Source of the DNA: Parcubacteria group bacterium
Lineage (GTDB): Bacteria > Patescibacteriota > Patescibacteriia > Buchananbacterales > UBA6539
Direction of reading: 5' to 3'
DNA: 64,000 nucleotides
NCBI GenBank assembly: GCA_002687175.1
Contig: NYZP01000001.1
Coordinates: 839-64,838, forward strand
A program made the position numbers and the translations under genes. Each line of letters begins with the position of its first letter. Within the stretch, counting starts at the first letter, position 1. The notes under the pieces were generated by a model. It was given only the letters and a program-made list of their open reading frames with translations. It was not told the origin of the DNA and did not search any database. Positions 38,555 through 49,100 of this stretch are shown here, piece by piece.

Positions 38555-39044
38555 CATGCAAATGTGGTTAGTGAATACCGCCGAACAGGTATATACTACC
38601 ACATCAACCGCTCTACGGAGCACAAGGAGGACACAGCGCGAAGAAGAAGAGCACGGCGTCCGGTGCGACGACGAACATGGCCTTCTCCGGCGGGTAACGA
38701 CCCAGCCGGCGGCGCGGGGAGACGTTGCGGAAGAGCAACACAAAAATGGCAGTAAAGAGCGCTGGTGCACCAGCGCCGAAGACGAACGGCACCGGTTTTT
38801 TTCTACCGGAGCCACACAGGTAACACCTAGCTCGCGACGCGTTTCGGTCAAGTTGCTCCCACCCTCCGACCGTCGATCCGCTCAACGATTCGAAATTCGA
38901 CAGGTCGCTGGTTCCAGGGAAGATTACGAGCGCTCCTCCTGATTTCACGTAGGATTCGATGGCCGAAATGGATTCTTCGGCGTAGGAGTCGATATCCAAA
39001 GCGAGGACTACTGGATACGGAATCAGTTGGTCGGTGGGGCGGAT
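38555..39044 (+). ncRNA. candidate GC-rich structured ncRNA (or decayed accessory gene)
   Basis: TTGACA promoter at 38520, many hairpins, long-range stem 38855-39041, no SD-led start codon. Confidence 0.4.
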
Positions 39045-40160
39045 TTATTTTTTATACACCCTTTCAAGCTCTGAATTTATTCTGGTTACTACTTCGTAAT
39101 TAATTGTTCTAAGTTTATCTGCCATTTCATCGGCAGTATTTTTTTTACCTACTAACTCAACTTCATCCCCTGCTTTAATACTTTTTATTTTAGAAACATC
39201 AATCATGGTTAAGTTCATGCATACACGTCCAATCACCGGACATTTCTTATTTTTAACAATAACCTCACCATTATTAGATAAATGCCGATCATACCCTTCC
39301 CAGTAACCAACTGCTATAACTGCCATTTTTAACCTTCTGGGGGCAGTGTAAGAGCAACCATAACCTACTTTAGTGCCTTTACTTATTATTTTAACTTGTA
39401 AAACTTTAGTCTTCCAGGTTAGTGCTGGTTCTAAACTTAACCAAGGATAATGTTTTAAAGCAATCTTCTCGGCTTGTTCTGAAGGCCATAATCCGTAAAG
39501 TGATAAACCCAACCTAATTAAATTAAAATGTGCTTGCGGTTCAACTAAACTGGCAGCGCTACATCCAAAATGCACTATTGGTATTTTTATTTTGTCATTC
39601 TGAACTTGTTTCAGAATCTGATTAAAGACTTTTAGTTGATATTTAGTATACCCTACATTTTCCTCAGAAGCGGCAAAGTGACTATAAATTCCTTCAATTT
39701 TTATATTTGGTAACTTATCAACTTGTTTAATAAACTCTACGGCATCTTTTACCAGAATGCCCACGCGAGTTGTGCCAGTGTCAATCTTAATATGCACTTT
39801 GGCAGTTTTTTTTAACTTCTTAGCAGTGCCTGATATTAATTTAGCATAACTTAAACTGTAAATTGGTAAATCAATATTTTGCTTAATTCCCTCTTTTAAA
39901 TAGCGACTTTGGGCATAACTCAAAACAAATATTCTTTTTTTAACATTGTGTTTTCTAAGTTCTAATGCTTCTCCTAAACTAACCACTCCTAGCCACTTTA
40001 CCTTGGGTAAAATCAGCTTTGTTACCTCAATCATGCCGTGTCCATAGGCGTTACTTTTGACGATAGGCATGACTTCAACGCCTTTACCAACAATTTTTTG
40101 GTATTGTTTTAGATTATATAAAATAGCAGATTTTGATATTTCAACCCAAGAATTGTACAT
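39045..40160 (-). CDS. alr: alanine racemase
   Basis: VKSNAYGHG, HIKIDTG, GYWEGY, GRVCMN, TINYE. Confidence 0.96.
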   Translation of the reverse strand: MYNSWVEISKSAILYNLKQYQKIVGKGVEVMPIVKSNAYGHGMIEVTKLILPKVKWLGVVSLGEALELRKHNVKKRIFVLSYAQSRYLKEGIKQNIDLPIYSLSYAKLISGTAKKLKKTAKVHIKIDTGTTRVGILVKDAVEFIKQVDKLPNIKIEGIYSHFAASEENVGYTKYQLKVFNQILKQVQNDKIKIPIVHFGCSAASLVEPQAHFNLIRLGLSLYGLWPSEQAEKIALKHYPWLSLEPALTWKTKVLQVKIISKGTKVGYGCSYTAPRRLKMAVIAVGYWEGYDRHLSNNGEVIVKNKKCPVIGRVCMNLTMIDVSKIKSIKAGDEVELVGKKNTADEMADKLRTINYEVVTRINSELERVYKK

Positions 40161-40287
40161 CTAATTATAGCTAATTTTAGCTGTTATTTAAACTTTACTA
40201 TTGACAAATCTGTAATTATATGATATATTATTATATTCTCTTTTAATCACGAAAGAGAAAACCCGGTACGAGAAGGAGGTGCACATT

Positions 40288-40440
40288 ATGTCGCGTAAAG
40301 AACTGCAGGACGCAGCAACTAAGTTGCTGAGGGAAGACGGATCCCGGTGGGATGGCAGAAAAAAATCTGCCGTAAAATCCGGTCAGACCAGCTTCGAAAT
40401 GCGAATGCAAGTCGAAGCGGTTGGCGCTGGTAAACACTAG
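40288..40440 (+). CDS. 50-aa orphan peptide
   Basis: TTGACA-17-TATATT at 40201, AAGGAGGT SD, MSRKELQDAATKLLREDGSRWDGRKKS..., CCGACCCAC/GTGGGTCGG hairpin. Confidence 0.7.
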   Translation: MSRKELQDAATKLLREDGSRWDGRKKSAVKSGQTSFEMRMQVEAVGAGKH

Positions 40441-40508
40441 CGACTAACCAACCGAACACCCGTTCTACCGACCCACTACTTTATATTACTTGATATGGTG
40501 GGTCGGAT

Positions 40509-41765
40509 TTATTTTTGCCTATTTTTTTCTAATTTTTTAAAACCACAGTATTTTTGTAACACTTTTGGAATATCAACTGTACCATCCTTATTTTGATTTT
40601 GTTCTAAGATAGCTGGAATTAATCTGGAAGTGGCTAACCCCGAAGCATTTAAAGTGTGAACAAATTCATTTTTCCCAGTTGTAGTATTTTTAAAACGAAC
40701 ATTGCCGCGCCTGGCTTGATAGTCCAAAGCATTCGAGACACTGCTAACTTCTTTGAAAGTATTCATACTGGGTAACCAAACTTCTATGTCAATTGTTTTG
40801 GCCATGGCGGCCGAGGCATCTTGGGCTGCCAACAGAACCGATTGGAAATGTAACTTTAAATCATCAGTTAGCTTTTCGGCATTTTTCCTTAACTCTTCAA
40901 AATTGTCCCAAGAATTTTCCGGATGAGCAAAATGAAACATCTCTATTTTATTAAATTGATGTCCGCGAATCATTCCTCGTTCTTCTTTACGATAAGATCC
41001 GGCTTCGCGACGAAAGCAAGCTGAGTAGGCATAGTACTTTAAAGGTAAATCTTTCTCAACCAAAATTTCATCCCGGTGATAATTACCCAACATCATTTCC
41101 GACGTAGCATTTAAGCAAGTACCATCTTGAGTCCAAAAAAGATCATCTTTAAATTTTGGAAGATGTCCTGAAGTGTAGGCTGATTGTTCAGTTAACAAAA
41201 ATGGTGGAATTAAAAAGGTGTACTTGTTCTTCTGATGGAAATCAATAAAGTAATTTAACAAAGCCCATTCCAGTAAAGCGCCTTGACCTTTATAGACCCA
41301 GAAGCCAGTCCCCGACATTTTAGCGCCACGTTCGTAATCAATAATATCGAGCTCAGTGGCCAAATCATAATGATCTTTATTTTTAAAACTAAATTTAGAT
41401 TTTTTACCAAATGTTTTTAAAACTTTATTTTTTTCTTTACCACCAGCCACCACGTCATCAGCAGTAATGTTTGGTAGTTCCGAAATTAATTTATTAAGTT
41501 CTGTTTCAACTCGGTTCACTTTCTCATCAAATTTTTTAATATCAGCACCAACTTTTTTCATCTTTTTAATAATATCAACAGTTGGCTTGGTTTTAGAAAA
41601 CTTGTTACGCTCACCCCGTAACAGCTCAACTTTTTGCAATAACTCTTTTCGTTTATCGTCAAGCTTAATAATACTGTCCAAATCTAAATCTTTTTTGGCC
41701 ATTCGCTTTAACAAAGACTTTTGAATAGTCTTTTTATCTTGCCTGATTTTATTGATGTCTAGCAT
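40509..41765 (-). CDS. serS: serine--tRNA ligase
   Basis: MLDI, ATSE, FRREAGS, RGHQFNKIE, HTLNASGLA. Confidence 0.97.
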   Translation of the reverse strand: MLDINKIRQDKKTIQKSLLKRMAKKDLDLDSIIKLDDKRKELLQKVELLRGERNKFSKTKPTVDIIKKMKKVGADIKKFDEKVNRVETELNKLISELPNITADDVVAGGKEKNKVLKTFGKKSKFSFKNKDHYDLATELDIIDYERGAKMSGTGFWVYKGQGALLEWALLNYFIDFHQKNKYTFLIPPFLLTEQSAYTSGHLPKFKDDLFWTQDGTCLNATSEMMLGNYHRDEILVEKDLPLKYYAYSACFRREAGSYRKEERGMIRGHQFNKIEMFHFAHPENSWDNFEELRKNAEKLTDDLKLHFQSVLLAAQDASAAMAKTIDIEVWLPSMNTFKEVSSVSNALDYQARRGNVRFKNTTTGKNEFVHTLNASGLATSRLIPAILEQNQNKDGTVDIPKVLQKYCGFKKLEKNRQK

Positions 41766-41768
41766 AAT

Positions 41769-43118
41769 TTAAAATTTAATAAAATTTTCAAACTTGTTTT
41801 CACCAATTCTTAAAGGTATTGCAAATTCTTTACCAGTACTGGTATCATAGACCGCTGGTTCAATACTGGTTTTTAGACCAAATAAATCTCCGTTTACAAA
41901 TGAAATGTCTTTTGATCGAATAAGATTGGGGGATATAAAACTCCTAAACTCAAACAATTGATTAACTTCTTGCGAATTAACTTCAATTGAAAAAATGCCA
42001 TCCGGGGTAGTAAATAAAATAGTGTTGTCATCAAGCCAATACAGACTATGGACGACTCGAGTTTGTTTTAAACAAGAATTTTCTCCATCTAAATTCCGAT
42101 AAATTTCCGTCTTTTCTTTACTAGAAATATCACTCATGATTATTGCTTGGCCATAATCATTTTTGTATTTAGCAAAAGATCCATACTTAATGCAACCAGG
42201 TGTTGCCCTAGATTCATTATCAATATCATCAGGATCAATCCTAGTGGGAGTTGTAATATAAACAGTTTTTGTTATACCTGGATTTACCACTCCAAAAATT
42301 TCTCCTTCTACTTCATTATTACCATATGCATAACTACGACTACCTGAACCATATTCATCAAATGTTTGATTAATTAAATCAACAACAAAGCTTGTTTGCC
42401 AAGAAACTGGTCCGTCTCCACCTTGGGAAACTACATAAACTTTGTTATTTTTATTATCAACTGCCTTAATCGCAAAGCCAGCATACAAACCAATACCATC
42501 ACCAATGGCCAGACTTAGGTGTTCTTCGGTCAGCCGATCAATCATTTCTAATTTTCCACCTTGGGCTGACTCACTGGTAGGTGGATTATCTGCCGTTATA
42601 AAATATAGATTGTTCATATCAGCTGAAAATTTAATATCAAGTATCCGTCGATCTTGGTTAACGGTTGTAACGCTGATGAGATTTTGTGACAGCAAATCTA
42701 AAATAACTAACTCTGTTTGGTCCTTTATCATCGGAATCATTCCTTGTTGAGCTGATTGATCTAATACTCTATAAGGTCCAACAACTTCCGTTATCTTAAT
42801 ATCATCTTCATTTAATACTGGGTTTAAGTGATAAAATGTATACTTTCGATTATAGTAATTAAATCCAGTTCCGGTGTCATCGGTCATTTCTGATCTATAA
42901 TAATAGAACGGTGCAACACTTTTGACGATATTATCTAAATCATCAATGTTACTAAAATCATTTTCAATAACATCATCTGAGTCAATATTTGTTAAATCAG
43001 AAACTTCGGTTTGTCCTACTTCAGCCGGTTCGATATAATTAAATACCAAAACAGTTGCACCAGCACTAACAATAGCGACAATGATAGCTACTAAAATATA
43101 AGATACTATTTTATTCAT
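41769..43118 (-). CDS. membrane-anchored extracellular protein, probable beta-propeller
   Basis: N-terminal TM, beta-rich, FSAD / WLDDNTILF blade-like motifs. Confidence 0.6.
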   Translation of the reverse strand: MNKIVSYILVAIIVAIVSAGATVLVFNYIEPAEVGQTEVSDLTNIDSDDVIENDFSNIDDLDNIVKSVAPFYYYRSEMTDDTGTGFNYYNRKYTFYHLNPVLNEDDIKITEVVGPYRVLDQSAQQGMIPMIKDQTELVILDLLSQNLISVTTVNQDRRILDIKFSADMNNLYFITADNPPTSESAQGGKLEMIDRLTEEHLSLAIGDGIGLYAGFAIKAVDNKNNKVYVVSQGGDGPVSWQTSFVVDLINQTFDEYGSGSRSYAYGNNEVEGEIFGVVNPGITKTVYITTPTRIDPDDIDNESRATPGCIKYGSFAKYKNDYGQAIIMSDISSKEKTEIYRNLDGENSCLKQTRVVHSLYWLDDNTILFTTPDGIFSIEVNSQEVNQLFEFRSFISPNLIRSKDISFVNGDLFGLKTSIEPAVYDTSTGKEFAIPLRIGENKFENFIKF

Positions 43119-43121
43119 AAT

Positions 43122-43514
43122 CTATAACTTTTTTAACTGTGAAGATTTATAAAAACGTGATTTATAAGCTTTAAGTCGTACCAGTTTAATTTGAGGAAAG
43201 TCTGATTCTAATAGATTTACGAAGGCTTTTTGATCATAACCTAAACAAACAACATTTGGTTTAAGTCTTCTAACTACTTTCATCTGATCCACTTTATCAC
43301 CTAAGACTGCTTGATTTACTATTTTTAATTCTGCCACTAACTGCTGCCGGTCTTTTTCCGAATTCATGGGCAATTTTTTTTTGATTTTTTTAGCTGTAGT
43401 ATCTCTAGCAACAACCACCGTTAACTTATCACCGTATTTCTTGGCTTGTTTAAAAAAATTCAAATGCCCGGGATGAATAAAATCAAATGTACCAAATACC
43501 ATTACCTGTTTCAT
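43122..43514 (-). CDS. cytidylyltransferase-like / archaeal-type FAD synthase
   Basis: FGTFDFIHPGH, VARD, LGYDQ, KSS. Confidence 0.85.
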   Translation of the reverse strand: MKQVMVFGTFDFIHPGHLNFFKQAKKYGDKLTVVVARDTTAKKIKKKLPMNSEKDRQQLVAELKIVNQAVLGDKVDQMKVVRRLKPNVVCLGYDQKAFVNLLESDFPQIKLVRLKAYKSRFYKSSQLKKL

Positions 43515-43528
43515 GACAATGTCTAAGG

Positions 43529-43945
43529 CTAATTATCAAGCTTAGTAACTTTTCTGATCTTGGGGTTACCAATAACATACAAAAAGACAAGGCTAATTAC
43601 TGAGGCCGTAATAGCTGCCGTATAGTAACCAAGGCCGACCGCCATGCCAACCGCTGCTACCATCCAAATTGTGGCGGCCGTGGTAATGTTGTGAATTTCT
43701 TTACGATCATGAATAATAACACCGGCCCCTAGAAAGCCAATGCCAGTAACTATCCCAGCGGCAATTCTGGCTGGATCAAAATCAAAAGAAAGCGATACGA
43801 TCATGATCAGGGCTGAGCCTAGACCAACTAAAACATTAGTTCGTAGGCCAGCTTCCTTGTGTTTTTGTTCTCGCTCCAGACCGAACAAAGTGCATAAAAT
43901 TGTTGCCACCACCAGTCTAATTATAATTTCACTAACTGTTAACAT
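43529..43945 (-). CDS. MgtC/SapB family membrane protein
   Basis: GLERE, AGLRT, RIAAGIVTGIGFLGAG, TTAATIW. Confidence 0.92.
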   Translation of the reverse strand: MLTVSEIIIRLVVATILCTLFGLEREQKHKEAGLRTNVLVGLGSALIMIVSLSFDFDPARIAAGIVTGIGFLGAGVIIHDRKEIHNITTAATIWMVAAVGMAVGLGYYTAAITASVISLVFLYVIGNPKIRKVTKLDN

Positions 43946-43948
43946 ATT

Positions 43949-45430
43949 TTATTTCTCCGGACGTAGTAAAGGAAACAGTACCACGTCACGTAAATTATCT
44001 TGCTTTGTTAATAAAGTAATTATTCGGTCAATTCCCATACCCCAGCCTGACATTGGTGGTGCCCCGTGTTCTAAAGCTTTAACGTACTCATCATCTTTGC
44101 CATGAGCTTCGGAATCACCTTTTCTCTTTGCTCTAACTTGATGAAAAAAACGCTGGGCTTGATCAACTGGATCAATCAACTCTGAATATGCATTAACAAT
44201 TTCCCAGCCATTAACCACCAACTGAAAACGATCAACAATATCTGGATTGTCATCATTACGTCTAGCTAAAGGTGAAACATCAATTGGGTGAGAAGTTAAA
44301 AAAGTTGGTTGGATAATTTTGTCTTGCGATACCGTTTTGTATAAAGCATCTATGAGATTGCCTCGTTCAAGTTTATTGATGTCATCAATCTTTATTTTTT
44401 TCTTAGTAATTTGCTTTCTTAGTTCATCAACCGATTTAATCTTATCGATATCGATACCGCAATCTTTTTTAATAACTTTAGCAAAACTAACCTTAGGCCA
44501 AGGTGGCTTGAAATCTACTTTATGTAATTTACCTTGACGATCCATAATTTCTACTTTGAGGGTACCCAGAAGTTTTTTTAATAAATACTCAAACATTTGT
44601 TCAGTAAACTTCATGTTGTCTTCAAAATTCCAATAGGCTGTATAATGTTCGGCAATGGTAAAATCTTGTAAGTGGGACGGGTCCATCCCCTCATTTCTAA
44701 ACGCCCGTCCAATCTCAAACACTCTTTCAAATCCGCCGACAATACTTTCTTTCAGATATGTCTCCGGAGCAATTCTTAAAAATACATCAATGTCTAAAGC
44801 ATTATGACGAGTGTTAAATGGTTTAGCCAGTGCCCCCGAAGCAGTATTTGTTAGTATTGGCGTTTCTACTTCAATAAAATTTTGAGCCCAATAGAACTCT
44901 CTTAAAGATTTAATAAATTGGCTGCGAAATAAAAAACGATCAAATGTTTCTTGATTAGATGTTAAATCTAAATACCTTTGACGATAGATAGATTCCTGAT
45001 CTTTTAAACCATGAAACTTTTCTGGCAACGGCCGTAGCGCTTTTGATAGTAAAGTATATTTTTTAACTAAAATTGAAAGTTCACCTTTTTTAGTTTTGAA
45101 CACTTCCCCTTCAATGCCAATAAAATCAGCCGGGTCAAAAATCTTTAAAAATTTCTTTAAATCTAGGTCATTTTTTTTTAAGACAATCTGCATTTTACTC
45201 GAACTGTCTTGGATATGGCAAAATGCGATTTTACCCATTTCCCGAATGGTTAATAATCTCCCAGCGGTTTTTACTTTTTTACCCACCTTTAATTTTAAAA
45301 CTTCAGCAACTGACTGAAGTTTTTCAAATTTTTCCGGGTAAGGGTTAATCTTCTGCTCTCTGATTTTCTTTAGTTTGTCTAACCGAGTATTATACTCGTC
45401 TTTCAAAGGTTTTGGCAAAATTTTTGACAT
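43949..45430 (-). CDS. lysS: lysine--tRNA ligase (class II)
   Basis: YRQRYLDL, LRIAPE, FRNEG, GWGMGIDR. Confidence 0.97.
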   Translation of the reverse strand: MSKILPKPLKDEYNTRLDKLKKIREQKINPYPEKFEKLQSVAEVLKLKVGKKVKTAGRLLTIREMGKIAFCHIQDSSSKMQIVLKKNDLDLKKFLKIFDPADFIGIEGEVFKTKKGELSILVKKYTLLSKALRPLPEKFHGLKDQESIYRQRYLDLTSNQETFDRFLFRSQFIKSLREFYWAQNFIEVETPILTNTASGALAKPFNTRHNALDIDVFLRIAPETYLKESIVGGFERVFEIGRAFRNEGMDPSHLQDFTIAEHYTAYWNFEDNMKFTEQMFEYLLKKLLGTLKVEIMDRQGKLHKVDFKPPWPKVSFAKVIKKDCGIDIDKIKSVDELRKQITKKKIKIDDINKLERGNLIDALYKTVSQDKIIQPTFLTSHPIDVSPLARRNDDNPDIVDRFQLVVNGWEIVNAYSELIDPVDQAQRFFHQVRAKRKGDSEAHGKDDEYVKALEHGAPPMSGWGMGIDRIITLLTKQDNLRDVVLFPLLRPEK

Positions 45431-45520
45431 AAAGTTAATAGTAATATTTTACTAAAAAAATGGGTTTTAGTCAAAGAAAAAATACCGCTATTTACGGTAT
45501 AAATTTGTCAGTAAATTTTA

Positions 45521-45979
45521 CTAGGTTATCTCTAAAATCTCACAGTCCATGTCACCATTAGGAACCTGGACAACCACCTTCTCGCCCTTTTGATGTCCTA
45601 AAAAAGCTCGACCAATTGGTGATTCATTGGATATTAAGCCTTGGGTCGGGTCAGCCTCATTAGAGCCGACAATGGTGTATTTAAACTCTTTATCACCACA
45701 CAGTGCTCTGATAGTACAGCCAACTGTTACGAAATCCTTATTACCTTTATTATCAATAATTTCTGACCGACTGGTAAGGTTTTCCAACTCAGTAATCCGC
45801 CCAGCAATAAAACCCTGCTCGTCTTTGGCATCTTGGTACTCGGCGTTTTCTGAAAGATCACCCAATTCTTTGGCTCGAGCAATACGTTCAATAACTTCTG
45901 GCATCTTATTCTTTTTCAAATCTTCCATTTCTTCTTTCAATTTTTTTAGCCCATCCTTTGTAATATAATTTACACCCAT
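45521..45979 (-). CDS. greA: transcription elongation factor GreA
   Basis: GDLSENAEY, ISNESPIG. Confidence 0.97.
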   Translation of the reverse strand: MGVNYITKDGLKKLKEEMEDLKKNKMPEVIERIARAKELGDLSENAEYQDAKDEQGFIAGRITELENLTSRSEIIDNKGNKDFVTVGCTIRALCGDKEFKYTIVGSNEADPTQGLISNESPIGRAFLGHQKGEKVVVQVPNGDMDCEILEIT

Positions 45980-46178
45980 AAGTTTAATTTTGACTTATAA
46001 AAAAATAGCGGGAATGTTAAGTTTAAATCGCTAAAGTTTATTTATATATTAAATATTTTATTGGTAGTAGTTATCCACAATCTAAATTTATTTCAATCAT
46101 TATAGCCTAAGCAAAATATGTCGTCAATAGTAAAAAAACCCTTGTCTCTCACAGGTTGAAAAAACAAGGGCTGGCTTT

Positions 46179-49100
46179 TTAAAAGCCGGATAATTGCATC
46201 CAGGTAGCGTAAATTTCTTCGGCCGTTCGGCCCAGGTTAGAGATTCTAATCTCATCAAGGGCACCATCATAGAAGAAATAATCTACATTCTCCCAAACGC
46301 ATTTACCAAAGTACAATGGGCAAGAACTTTTGGTGATAACATTGACCGTTGGATCAGAGTTGTCCAACTGACCGTTAATGTAAATCTGACGGCCGACTGA
46401 ATTCTGAACTACAACCACGTAGTACCACTGACCAACCATCAGCTGACGATTACTAATTAAAGCAGTCATTGGCGTGCTTGGATTGCTGGTGGTTTCCCAG
46501 CGTATCCTACCAGCTGACTCACCGGTACCCAAGGCAACCACGTAAGAACGATTGTTCCTGTCAGCTTTACTAAATATGAACTGGGTATCAGTCGTATTGT
46601 TTGGCTTAAGCCAAAACTCAATTGTAATTTCTGATGGCATTAATTCATCATCAGTCGGCACCATTAAAAACTGGGTAACTCCATCCAGGTCAATGGCACC
46701 ATCAGCCAGCTGATTAAAGCCAGATATCGACATAGATGAACCAAAGGCCAGCAAATCAAGTTCGGGCTTGCCACCATAATTGACCAATTTTTGTTCAGTT
46801 CCGGTCTGACCATTGAGAGGCCAAAGACCAACAGTAGAGTAATCACTTTCCAGATTGAAGATTAACTCAGAAACGGGTTGGCTAATTTCTGTTGGCAAAC
46901 CAGCTACTAGCAAGTCGTGATAAATATTTACGTCGCTAGCAGACATTGAACCGGCGGAAATAACCAGTTCATCAATTTCTCCCTGAAACAGAAAATAATC
47001 AACACCATCAAAGATTTGCTTACCAACCAGCAATGGAGCCGTGCTGTTAGGCACAACATTACCGACAGCATCACTATTATCCAGCTGACCATCCAGGTAG
47101 ATAAAGCGACCTAAAGCACTTTGCACTACCACCAAGTGATACCAGCGTTTTGTCATGATAATGGTCTGTGACATCAAATAAGTTAGTGGGCTAGCCGGTT
47201 GGCTAGTCGTTCCCCACATTACCTTACCCTTATCACTGCCCACTCCACAGATGCTCAAATCATAGGAGCGATCACCATTTTCCAGCTTGGACAAAAGTGT
47301 CATAGTGCTGTTCAGTCTAGGAAACTGAAACCAAAGACTGATAGTCAATTCACTGGTGGTTAACTGATCATCGTCATTGATCAGTAAATAGCTTTCACCG
47401 TTAAACTGATAAGCTCCATCATCCTGGCCAGTAAAACCCGGGGCTGAGCCAACAGCACCGACTTCCATTAAATCGCCCAATGAGCTTTCTTGAACATTAC
47501 GACGTTTTTCAACTGAGCCAACTAAACCATCCATATACCAATCACCAAGCAAATTTTCCTGCCAGTTGAGCCAAAATAGCTCTTCGGCGGTGACAGCACT
47601 ATCAAGGATGGCAAAAACGGCTTCAGCGATGTTATTGTCCTCACTCGGTTCACTAATAATACTGTCGGCATCAGCCACCACGGTAATTACATAATCACCA
47701 GCTGGCAATGCCATCAGATAAAACTGCTCTTGCCAACTTCCGTTAGCGACCAATTCCGGCAACAAGACAGAAACAATTAGCTCTAGGCTGCCGGTTGACA
47801 ATTCTTCAAGCCAAACTTCCATCCGGCTAACCAGACTACTGCGGTTGGCTAGGTTGCTGATACTTGGTGCTAAGACCACTTCCTCTCCTGGAACAAAAAC
47901 GCCCAGGTTAAACGGAATGTCAGCCACCAAGTCAGTAAATGGCTTCAATTGAATCTGATGGATACCACTATCACTGACCTTGGAATAACTGCCGAAGCTG
48001 CCAGTATACTCAACGTACAGAGCAAAAGCCACTTCAACACTATTCTCATACCAATCTTCAGTAGTGAAAGGTATTGCCACCTCAACATAACCTTTAGCCG
48101 GTATGACAATTCCGCTCAGGTCGAACTGACCAGGCACCAGCCAAGAATTGCCGCTGACAAGCGTTTGGTAGGACGGGTTAGCCAAGCCTTGTTGAAAACC
48201 ATTTTCCAAGCGGAAAATGGCAGTGTGGCTTTCGCCAGGACCAGCATAAACTACACCAACTGGTACAATGGTAAAGTTCTCGCCAATAAAAATGGTTTTT
48301 GTTTGACTACGGCCGATTAACACGGCTTGATTATCAAACACCTCAACGTAAATATTGTAAGAACCATTGGCCAAATTACTGATCCAGTACCCTTCTCCAG
48401 GACTGGCCACGTATCGTTGTCCATTGACCACAATCTCAACAAAGCTGGCGTTGGGCAAATCAGGTAACAGAAATTCAATCTGATTGTTCCTGACCCAATG
48501 TGCGAAATCAACAACTTCTACTTCTGGCAATTCCTCCGCCGGAGTAGTGACTGAAACTTCTGCTGCTTCTGCCAAGACATTAGCGTTGCCATCAACGGCC
48601 ACCACTTTGAAAACATAAGTGGTGCTAGGAGACAGTCCATAGACAGTAAGCTCAAAATTAGCCATATCAGCGATATACTGTCCATCCTGGTAGACTTCAT
48701 AATGTTCTGCACTAATGTCATTATTGGTGACAAAAGCACTTTCTGGCGATAAGGCCCAAGCTTCGATCAACAGTTCGTCACTTTGTCCAGGTATCAATGC
48801 AATGGTGAAATCAGCACCTCCGCGACCATCAGGTATACCCAAAGCAACAACACCGTTCTCCGGCCGCCAAATCAAAAACTTATTGTCGACCATGAAATCT
48901 TGACGAAGATAAGTCACCTTGGCTTTATCCTCATTAAAACTACCATTCTCGTACGGATAGTGGGCCCAGGGATACTCATTGGAAATTGGTGCATTTAATT
49001 CCTTGGGTCCATCTACGTCAGACATGTAATACCATCTAAACCCATCTTTGATCAAAAAAGCTTGCCCTAAGACTGAGTTGTAGATAATCGCCGAGTAAAA

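Noticed and set aside
38537-38999. Four overlapping 72-128 aa ORFs
   Set aside because: Expected in GC-rich palindromic DNA; none has an SD-led start or recognisable motif
33695-39044. tmRNA, RNase P, SRP or 6S identity for the two structured regions
   Set aside because: No tRNA-like ends or tag ending in ALAA, no GAGGAAAGUCC, no SRP loop or single long 6S rod seen by eye
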